From the NCBI RefSeq assembly GCF_003010495.1, contig NZ_CP027570.1:1830001-1862000 (forward strand): 32,000 nt of DNA, read 5' to 3'. The notes beneath the pieces were generated by a model, which was not told the DNA's origin, made no database searches, and saw only the letters and a program-made list of their open reading frames with translations. Positions 25,339 to 31,569 of this stretch are shown here, one piece after another (positions within the stretch are counted from its first letter, which is position 1; every line of letters starts with the position of its first letter). A program made the translations under genes and the position numbers. The DNA comes from Megasphaera elsdenii DSM 20460. GTDB lineage: Bacteria > Bacillota > Negativicutes > Veillonellales > Megasphaeraceae.

Positions 25339-25893
25339 ATGTCATCATATTCTATGGAAAACAAACAGCAAGCCGTTTCGGCTGGGAGTCTTTGTTATGC
25401 TGCCGTTTTGACGGCCCTGGTCTTTGTCCTTACCTTTGTACCGAAGATCCCGATTCCCCTGGGCTATGCCCATTTGGGGGACGCCATTATCTTTGCGTCT
25501 GTCCTGTTCAGTACGCGCCGCCAGGCAGCCCTGGCCGCTTCTGTCGGCTCGGCCCTGTCTGATTTCATCGGCGGTTTTCCGCTTTGGATCATCCCGACGC
25601 TGATCATCAAGTACGTCATGGTCGAAGCCGTCTTTTATACGGTCCGTCCGGACAAAAGGGAATGGAAACTGACGTCACCGCGCGTCTTCTTCGGCTTTTT
25701 CTTATCTGCTGCCTGGATGGTCCTGTCTTATACTGTATCGGGCAGTCTCCTCTACGGCAGCTGGGCCGTCGGCATCCCGATGGTACCGGGACTCATCGGG
25801 GAAGGCGTCGTCAATATGATTGCCGCCTATGCCCTGGCTGCTTGTCTGATCAAGGCTAGATTCCGTGGTTATGGTTATAGCCTGAAAAGATAA
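25339..25893 (+). CDS. ECF transporter substrate-specific (S) component, putative vitamin B6-type by linkage
   Basis: 184 aa, about 5-6 TM. The core PKIPIPLGYAHLGDAIIF is typical of ECF S components. GAGGGGGA SD. pdxK follows immediately. Confidence 0.7.
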   Translation: MSSYSMENKQQAVSAGSLCYAAVLTALVFVLTFVPKIPIPLGYAHLGDAIIFASVLFSTRRQAALAASVGSALSDFIGGFPLWIIPTLIIKYVMVEAVFYTVRPDKREWKLTSPRVFFGFFLSAAWMVLSYTVSGSLLYGSWAVGIPMVPGLIGEGVVNMIAAYALAACLIKARFRGYGYSLKR

Positions 25894-25906
25894 GGAATGA
25901 TTGTAT

Positions 25907-26728
25907 ATGCATCAAAAGAAACTGGCTCTGGTCAATGATGTCACCGGCTATGGCCGTTGCAGCATTGCCGTGGCCCTGCCTATCGTGTCGGCCCTGAAGG
26001 TCCAGGGCTGTATCCTGCCGACGGCCATCTTGTCGGTCCATACGGGCTTCCACGATTATTATCTCGACGACTATACGGATCACATGACGCCGTATATCGA
26101 GAGCTGGAAGAAGAACGGCCTGACCTTTGACGGCATCAGTACGGGCTTCCTCGGCTCGGCCCGGCAGATCGACATCGTCCTCGATTTCCTGCACGACTTC
26201 AAAGGACCGCAGACCCTGGCCTTTATCGACCCGGTCATGGGCGACGATGGCCAGCTGTACCCGTCGTATACGCAGGAAATGTGCGACGAAATGCGGCGCC
26301 TGTTGGCTTATGCCGACGTGGTGACGCCCAATGTGACCGAAGCCTGCGAACTTTTGAGCCTGCCTTATCGGTCGGACCGCGACCTTGGTGAAGCCGATTT
26401 ATTGGCCATGGCCCAGGCTCTGGCCGAAAAGGGGCCTCAGGGCGTCATCCTGACGGGCATCCACGACGGGCCGTATATCGGCAATTTCATCTACGACCAC
26501 GGCCGGACGAGCTGGGTCAAAGCGAAAAAAATCGGCAGCGACCGCAGCGGGACAGGGGATGTCTTTGCGGCCATCGTCTCGGCGTCCGTCGTCCGCGGCG
26601 AAAGCCTGGAACAGGCCGTACAGAAAGCGTCGGATTTCATCTGCCGCGTCATGGCCTATACAGAAACCTTGGATTTGCCGCATAACGCCGGCCTGGCCTT
26701 TGAAGAATACTTGACGACGCTGCGATGA
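25907..26728 (+). CDS. pdxK: Pyridoxal/pyridoxamine kinase (ribokinase superfamily)
   Basis: LALVNDVTGYGRCSIAVALPIVSALKVQ...DPVMGDDG...VTPNVTEA...GTGDVFAA. ATG 25907 is preferred over the track's TTG 25901. Confidence 0.88.
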   Translation: MHQKKLALVNDVTGYGRCSIAVALPIVSALKVQGCILPTAILSVHTGFHDYYLDDYTDHMTPYIESWKKNGLTFDGISTGFLGSARQIDIVLDFLHDFKGPQTLAFIDPVMGDDGQLYPSYTQEMCDEMRRLLAYADVVTPNVTEACELLSLPYRSDRDLGEADLLAMAQALAEKGPQGVILTGIHDGPYIGNFIYDHGRTSWVKAKKIGSDRSGTGDVFAAIVSASVVRGESLEQAVQKASDFICRVMAYTETLDLPHNAGLAFEEYLTTLR

Positions 26729-26772
26729 GATTTAAAAGATACACAAATTGACAAAAAAGGGGATAGCGTATC

Positions 26773-27435
26773 ATGATTGTTTATACGGTAGTAGGACAAG
26801 GACAATATGTAGATCTCGAAGATGGCTTGAAGATGAAGCCTGAAGGACAGTGGAGCATGTACGTCAATCTGACCAATCGCTGCACCTGTTCCTGTACGTT
26901 CTGTCTGCGGTCCATGAAGAAGATGGCCGAAAATGAGACACTGTGGCTGAAGCGGGAACCGACGGTGGATGAAGTGAAGAAAGCCCTCGACGGTGCTCCC
27001 TGGGACCACATCAACGAAGTCGTCTTCTGCGGCTTCGGCGAACCGACAGAGCGCCTCGATGATTTGACGGCCCTCTTGAAATACGTCAAAGACACGCATC
27101 CCGGCATGAAGACCCGCGTCAATACCAACGGCCTATCCGATTTGGCCTATGGCCGCGATACGGCACCGAATTTTGGCGGCGGCATCTTAGATACCATTTC
27201 TATCAGCATGAATGCCTCCAATAAGGAACGCTATCTGGAACTGACGCGCAGCAAATTCGGTATCCAGTCCTATGACGCCATGCTCAAATTCGCCGTCGAC
27301 TGCAAACAGTACGTTCCTAACGTCGTCCTCACCGTCGTCGACCACGTCGAAGACAGCGAAGAAATCAAGAAGTGCCGCGCCATTTGTGATAAACTGGGCC
27401 TCCGCCTCCGCGTCCGCGTGTACGAGGATAAATAA
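26773..27435 (+). CDS. Small radical SAM protein (220 aa), resembles the TatD-associated radical SAM family
   Basis: CX3CX2C cluster in VNLTNRCTCSCTFCLR, then VVFCGFGEPT, RVNTNGL and ISISMNASN. AAAGGGGA SD. There is no terminator between it and pdxK. Confidence 0.8.
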   Translation: MIVYTVVGQGQYVDLEDGLKMKPEGQWSMYVNLTNRCTCSCTFCLRSMKKMAENETLWLKREPTVDEVKKALDGAPWDHINEVVFCGFGEPTERLDDLTALLKYVKDTHPGMKTRVNTNGLSDLAYGRDTAPNFGGGILDTISISMNASNKERYLELTRSKFGIQSYDAMLKFAVDCKQYVPNVVLTVVDHVEDSEEIKKCRAICDKLGLRLRVRVYEDK

Positions 27436-27455
27436 GTTTGCAGAATAAATGACGA

Positions 27456-27483
27456 TGTAGGGGCTCGCGCGTGGCGAGCCCGC
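27456..27483 (+). repeat. REP-like element
   Basis: TGTAGGGGCTCGCGCGTGGCGAGCCCGC. Confidence 0.8.
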
Positions 27484-27550
27484 TGCCATAATGGGTTTGT
27501 AGTGGATAGCCAGCAATGTAAAGCATGCGATTCCGTAGAGGACGAGAATT

Positions 27551-27595
27551 AACCTCTCAGTCAGCTGCGCTGACAGCTCTCCTAGCAGGAGAGCC
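27551..27595 (-). repeat. Double-hairpin repeat family 2, copy b (inverted relative to 3517-3562)
   Basis: The minus strand reads GGCTCTCCTGCTAGGAGAGC-TGTCAGCGCAGCTGAC-TGAGAGGTT. The first stem differs from copy a by compensatory changes. Confidence 0.75.
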
Positions 27596-27598
27596 GGG

Positions 27599-27632
27599 CC
27601 ACTAGCCACTAGCCACTAACCACTAGCCACTA
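27599..27632 (+). repeat. Heptanucleotide tandem repeat, (CCACTAG/A) x about 5
   Basis: CCACTAG CCACTAG CCACTAA CCACTAG CCACTA. It runs directly into the terminator A-tract. Confidence 0.9.
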
Positions 27633-27669
27633 AAAAAGGTCTTGTCGCACGTGCGACAAGACCTTTTTT
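27632..27669. terminator. Bidirectional rho-independent terminator between the rSAM operon and the CBS gene
   Basis: AAAAAA-GGTCTTGTCGCAC/GTGCGACAAGACC-TTTTTT. The stem is a perfect 13-bp palindrome. Confidence 0.9.
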
Positions 27670-28142
27670 CACTGCCCATTATCTCCGTATTCGTTATAGA
27701 GTTGTTTGAGGATGTTCTTTCGTTCTACTATGCCTAGGAGTTTTTTGTCCTTGACGATAGGGATGGCTTTCAGGTGTTCGGCGACCATCACGCTGGCCAG
27801 GTCTTCTATGGTAGCATCCGGGCCGGCCATGATGACTTTTTTGGTCATGAGCTGTTCGGCTGTGCAGGCGAAGAGTTTCTTGAAGCCTTGTTGGTATTCC
27901 TTGAGGTTGCCGTAATAGATGTTGGCGCCCAGGAGGTTGACGTACTGCGGGACGCAGGGCTTGACTTCCTTATACAAGAGGTCGGCGTCGGTGACGATGC
28001 CGATGATTTCCTTGTCGTCCTGGACGATAGGGATGGCGTTGACGTTGTTTTCTACGAACATATCGACGAGATCAAAAATGGACGTATCTTTCTGCGCCGT
28101 AATGACATTTTTTTCCATAATATCTGCTGCCGTTTTCGACAT
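27669..28142 (-). CDS. CBS-pair domain protein (157 aa)
   Basis: Two CBS repeats (IMEKNVITAQKDTSIFDLVDMFVENNVNAIPIV... and LMTKKVIMAGPDATIEDLASVMVAEHLKAIPIV...). AAAGGGG SD. Confidence 0.9.
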   Translation of the reverse strand: MSKTAADIMEKNVITAQKDTSIFDLVDMFVENNVNAIPIVQDDKEIIGIVTDADLLYKEVKPCVPQYVNLLGANIYYGNLKEYQQGFKKLFACTAEQLMTKKVIMAGPDATIEDLASVMVAEHLKAIPIVKDKKLLGIVERKNILKQLYNEYGDNGQ

Positions 28143-28196
28143 AAGATCAACCCCTTTATCACAAATTCGATGGGAGCATGCCTCCTATTCATTTAT

Positions 28197-28205
28197 ATTA
28201 TACCA
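28197..28205 (-). promoter_or_regulatory. Candidate extended -10 (TGgTATAAT) for the CBS gene
   Basis: The minus strand reads TGGTATAAT about 55 nt upstream of the start codon. Confidence 0.45.
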
Positions 28206-28217
28206 TATTTTGGGAAT

Positions 28218-28242
28218 ATAGGGACGGCTATCGCCGTCCCGC
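28218..28242 (+). repeat. Degenerate REP-like element (ATAG instead of GTAG)
   Basis: ATAGGGACGGC-TATC-GCCGTCCCGC. Confidence 0.6.
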
Positions 28243-28266
28243 CGGCCTGCGTTCTTCGCCAAATCA

Positions 28267-28275
28267 TGGTATAAT
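28267..28275 (+). promoter_or_regulatory. Candidate extended -10 (TGgTATAAT) for the DapF-like gene
   Basis: Exact TGNTATAAT 37 nt upstream of ATG 28312. AAGGAG SD follows. Confidence 0.45.
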
Positions 28276-28311
28276 AAATGCATATTTCACTAGACTAAAG
28301 GAGCGATAGAC

Positions 28312-29127
28312 ATGACGATAGATTATTTAGTGGCCGACCCTAGCGGCAATACGACGATTTTGGTGCTGACGCCGGTAGCGAAGGCGCAGCATAGTTCCCT
28401 GGCGGCGCAGTTATTGGCCCTGCCGGGCATCGAGGCGGAACAGGTCGGCTATGTGAGCCGTGAAGCGGGAAAGCCGCTGCGCGTCGATATGATGGGCGGC
28501 GAGTTCTGCGGCAATGCGTCGCGGTCGGCGGCGGCCTGGGCCCTGGCCTGTGATGGCGGGGAACAAGGCGTGTACGACGTGTCCTGTTCAGGCTGCGATA
28601 CGGTCCTGCCGGCCAAAGTGGCCCGAAAAGGGGAGGGGACTTATGAAGCTTTCATTGAAATGCCTTATCCCGAAGACGTAAGCGGTATCCTCATCGCTGT
28701 CGATGATTTCCCGGCCCGCTTTTTCCGCGTCGATTTGCCGGGCATTACGCACTTCGTCCACTTCGTCCCGTCCTTGGAAGGCCTGGATAAAGAAAAATAT
28801 TGGACCATTCTCCAGGACTATGTCGACGGCGAAGACCTGCCGGCTTACGGCCTGGTCCTCTGCGATACGAAGAAAGGGGAAATGATCCCCGCCGTCTACG
28901 TCCGCGATACGGATACCCTCTATTGGGAAAACAGCTGCGGCAGTGGCTCGGCTGCCGTCGCCGCGGCCCTGGCCTGCACGACCCATAAGAACGTGGCCTG
29001 CTACATGAAACAGCCTGGCGGGACCCTGGCCATTGCTGCCAAAGTCAGCGAAAAAGGCGACTTGCAGCAGATCTTCATCGGCGGCCCCGTCACATTGGGA
29101 GAAGTCGAAACAGTCACTATCAGCTAA
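28312..29127 (+). CDS. DapF-fold, cofactor-independent amino-acid racemase/epimerase-like protein (atypical, not canonical DapF)
   Basis: 271 aa, with two pseudo-symmetric halves each carrying a Cys in a DapF-like context (GGEFCGNASRS with Cys66; ENSCGSGSAAVA with Cys209). The N-terminal motif is ADPSGNTT rather than the DapF HGxGNDF. Confidence 0.7.
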   Translation: MTIDYLVADPSGNTTILVLTPVAKAQHSSLAAQLLALPGIEAEQVGYVSREAGKPLRVDMMGGEFCGNASRSAAAWALACDGGEQGVYDVSCSGCDTVLPAKVARKGEGTYEAFIEMPYPEDVSGILIAVDDFPARFFRVDLPGITHFVHFVPSLEGLDKEKYWTILQDYVDGEDLPAYGLVLCDTKKGEMIPAVYVRDTDTLYWENSCGSGSAAVAAALACTTHKNVACYMKQPGGTLAIAAKVSEKGDLQQIFIGGPVTLGEVETVTIS

Positions 29128-29154
29128 TAGCTTTGACCATCGTCGATTTTTCGA

Positions 29155-29268
29155 GTATTAAGTTTGCAGTTTATAGTTTTTAGTGAGTGCTTTTAAATTT
29201 TACGGCGGGCCGCCTTGACAGGACGGCCCCTACGGTGCGACATCATGGATGTCGCTGCGGCCTGCGAA
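29155..29268 (-). repeat. Composite repeat downstream of pckA: GTATTAAGTTTGCAGTTTA box, REP, GCGACAT hairpin
   Basis: 29155-29174 GTATTAAGTTTGCAGTTTA. The minus strand of 29204-29268 reads TCGCAGGCCGCAGCGACATCCATGATGTCGCACCGTAGGGGCCGTCCTGTCAAGGCGGCCCGCCG, which matches 24957-25016. Confidence 0.8.
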
Positions 29269-29271
29269 CGA

Positions 29272-30867
29272 CTACACCCGCGGGCCCGCTTCAATGATTT
29301 CTTCGGGCATGTCGGGGTACTTGGTCTTGAAGTTTTCATAGAACATGGCGGCGACTTTCTTGGCCATGATGTCGTAGGATTTCTTGTTGTCCCACGTCGC
29401 CCGCGGGTTGAGTATCTGGTTGGGGACGCCGGGACAGGTCTGGGGGATGTCGACGTTGAAGCGCAGGTCATGGCGGTAGGGGACGTCGTCGAGATAGCCG
29501 TTCAGGGCGGCCGTGATCATGGCCCGCGTGTATTTCAGGTCCATGCGGCTGCCGATGCCATAGGGGCCGCCGGTCCAGCCCGTATTGACCAGGTAGACCT
29601 TGGTATTGTACTTTTCGATGCGTTCGCCGAGCATACCGGCGTAAATGTCCGGCGCCAAGGGCATGAAGGGTTCGCCGAAGAGGGTCGAGAAGGTCGGAAT
29701 CGGTTCGGTAATGCCTTGTTCCGTACCGGCGACTTTTGACGTAAAGCCCGTGACGAAGTGATACATGGCCGCTTCTTTGCTGAGCCGTGAAATGGGCGGC
29801 AAGACGCCGAAACTGTCGGCCGTGAGGAAGATGATGACCGTCGGGATGCCGCCTTTGCCGGGTTGGGCGGCGTTGGGAATGTAGTCGATAGGGTAGCCGG
29901 CCCGCGTATTTTCGGTTATCTTGCTGTCGAAATAGTTGGGATGGCGCGTGTCTTCATCGAGGACGACGTTTTCGACGAGGGTGCCGGCCTTGATGGCGTT
30001 ATAGATGTACGGTTCTTTTTCCGGATTGAGGTTGATACATTTGGCATAGCAGCCGCCTTCAAAGTTGAAGATGCCCCGTGACGACCAGCCGTGTTCGTCG
30101 TCGCCGATGAGCTTGCGGTTCGGATCGGCCGAAAGGGTCGTCTTGCCTGTGCCCGACAGGCCGAAGAAGATAGCCGTTTCCTTAGTGACCGGATCCATGT
30201 TGGCCGAGCAGTGCATGGGCAGAACGCCTTCGTTAGGCAGAAAGTAATTCATGACAGAGAAGACACTCTTCTTGATTTCTCCGGCATAGCGCGTGCCGGC
30301 GATGAGGACCATACGGGATTCATAATCGACGAGAATGGCTGCCTGCGAGTGCGTGCCGTCGACTTGGGGATTGCACTGGAAACCCGGGGCGACGAGGATG
30401 GTGAAGTCTGGTTCACCGTACTGGGCCAGCTCTTCCGCTGTCGGCCGGATGAGGAGGTTGCGGATGAAGAGACATTCGCTGGCCAGTTCATTGACGACGC
30501 GGAATTTCTTGCGGCATAGCTCGTCGGCACCGGCAAAGCCGTCGAAGAGGTACAGGGGCCGGTTTTGGAAATAGGCCAGCATCTTGCTCTTGATGGCGTT
30601 GAATTTTTCTTTGGAAATGGGCCGGTTGATATTGTTCCAGGCGATGTAATCGTGGATAGACGGCGTGTCGACGATGAATTTATCATCCGGTGCCCGGCCG
30701 GTATACTTGCCAGTGCGTACGACTAGGGCCCCTGTATCACTGAGGACGCCTTCCTGATTCAACAGAGCTTGCTCCGTTAGCCAGGCCGGTGACATATTGC
30801 GGTATACTACTTCTGGATTTATCACTCCGATGCGGTCTAAGCCATAAGTATGTTGCATATTGATCAC
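29272..30867 (-). CDS. pckA: Phosphoenolpyruvate carboxykinase (ATP)
   Basis: 531 aa. Motifs GLSGTGKTTLS, IGDDEHGW and NTGWTGG match ATP-dependent PckA. AAAGGAG SD. Confidence 0.97.
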   Translation of the reverse strand: MINMQHTYGLDRIGVINPEVVYRNMSPAWLTEQALLNQEGVLSDTGALVVRTGKYTGRAPDDKFIVDTPSIHDYIAWNNINRPISKEKFNAIKSKMLAYFQNRPLYLFDGFAGADELCRKKFRVVNELASECLFIRNLLIRPTAEELAQYGEPDFTILVAPGFQCNPQVDGTHSQAAILVDYESRMVLIAGTRYAGEIKKSVFSVMNYFLPNEGVLPMHCSANMDPVTKETAIFFGLSGTGKTTLSADPNRKLIGDDEHGWSSRGIFNFEGGCYAKCINLNPEKEPYIYNAIKAGTLVENVVLDEDTRHPNYFDSKITENTRAGYPIDYIPNAAQPGKGGIPTVIIFLTADSFGVLPPISRLSKEAAMYHFVTGFTSKVAGTEQGITEPIPTFSTLFGEPFMPLAPDIYAGMLGERIEKYNTKVYLVNTGWTGGPYGIGSRMDLKYTRAMITAALNGYLDDVPYRHDLRFNVDIPQTCPGVPNQILNPRATWDNKKSYDIMAKKVAAMFYENFKTKYPDMPEEIIEAGPRV

Positions 30868-30886
30868 TCCTTTGAGATTCTCAGTT

Positions 30887-30948
30887 CGTAGGGGCCGCTC
30901 CGAAACGGGCGGCCCGACTTAACAACTATCTATTTTAAACTGCAAACT
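30887..30948 (+). repeat. Composite repeat upstream of pckA: REP plus inverted AGTTTGCAGTTTA box
   Basis: CGTAGGGGCCGC-TCCGAAACGG-GCGGCCCG (30887-30916), then TAAACTGCAAACT (30936-48), which is the reverse complement of AGTTTGCAGTTTA at 29162-29174. Confidence 0.8.
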
Positions 30949-30983
30949 ATATATATACTAAAGTATGTATATATATATATATA
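30948..30983. repeat. TA dinucleotide microsatellite, (TA)5 and (TA)8 separated by 10 nt
   Basis: TATATATATA (30948-57) and TATATATATATATATA (30968-83), in the divergent region between pckA and the small-ORF operon. Confidence 0.9.
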
Positions 30984-30998
30984 GCTTTTCCGGATATC

Positions 30999-31027
30999 TT
31001 GCCGTTCCTTCCATATTATGCTATAAT
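30999..31027 (+). promoter_or_regulatory. Candidate sigma-70-type promoter for the small-ORF/adhesin locus
   Basis: TTGCCG, 17-nt spacer, TATAAT, about 45 nt upstream of ATG 31073. Confidence 0.5.
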
Positions 31028-31072
31028 TATATTATAATAAAATTATCATAAAATGTAAGGGGGGTGAAAATC

Positions 31073-31375
31073 ATGTATCCTGTCCAAATGATGATTTCTT
31101 ACTTTACAACTAGTTTTACGGCCATCATGCATATCGGCAGAGAGGTGACGGCTAAACAATATACAGGGGGGGATTTACAAGATAGTAAAGGCACATATAT
31201 AAAAAAACAGGCCCAGGAATGGGTGCGTCTTGTTTCATATAGATATAAAGAAGGACAGTGTAGGCATATACTCTCCTTTTTGGCATGTTTGCATTCGTTT
31301 GTTATTTCCAATTATTGGTTACCACCTGTCTGCCATTCAGTATGGAATGACAGGAGCATGACCATGTTCGTATGA
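31073..31375 (+). CDS. Hypothetical small protein (100 aa), no family recognised
   Basis: AAGGGGGG SD 8 nt before the ATG. A 100-codon open frame is unusual in AT-rich DNA. Its stop overlaps the next ATG (ATGA). Amino-acid composition is odd (Cys/His/Trp-rich), so coding status is uncertain. Confidence 0.35.
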   Translation: MYPVQMMISYFTTSFTAIMHIGREVTAKQYTGGDLQDSKGTYIKKQAQEWVRLVSYRYKEGQCRHILSFLACLHSFVISNYWLPPVCHSVWNDRSMTMFV

Positions 31376-31530
31376 AATGTGCTGTTTGCGGCAAAGAATT
31401 TACCTGCCGGGAATGTGGGAAAATCGTCATCGTTACGACCCCCAAAGACCGGCATCGGACTTTTTGCTGTGATGACTGCCGAAAACGTTGGTTTAATAAA
31501 CGGCGGAAAGTTTCGTATGAACAGAAATAA
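31372..31530 (+). CDS. Small basic zinc-ribbon/TRASH-like protein (52 aa)
   Basis: MKCAVCGKEFTCRECGKIVIVTTPKDRHRTFCCDDCRKRWFNKRRKVSYEQK: CxxC, CxxC and FCCxxC with a basic tail. It is below the ORF-track length cutoff. ATGA coupling to the upstream ORF. Confidence 0.5.
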   Translation: MKCAVCGKEFTCRECGKIVIVTTPKDRHRTFCCDDCRKRWFNKRRKVSYEQK

Positions 31531-31569
31531 TACCTGAAAAAGTACGTATAAAAGAAGGAGGATATCTAT

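Noticed and set aside
3517-27595. The inverted family-2 repeats as termini of a 24-kb mobile or invertible element.
   Set aside because: The enclosed genes are core housekeeping (secA, prfB, ftsEX, obg, proBA, nadD, rsfS). No integrase or transposase is present, no target duplication is visible, and a third partial copy lies inside the segment.
30932-30960. A pckA promoter with the (TA)5 tract as its spacer (TAAAAT -10 on the minus strand), which would imply phase-variable pckA.
   Set aside because: The hexamer at the 17-nt spacing is TAGTAT and other spacings are no better, so I could not find a convincing -35. The TA tracts are reported only as a microsatellite in the divergent region.
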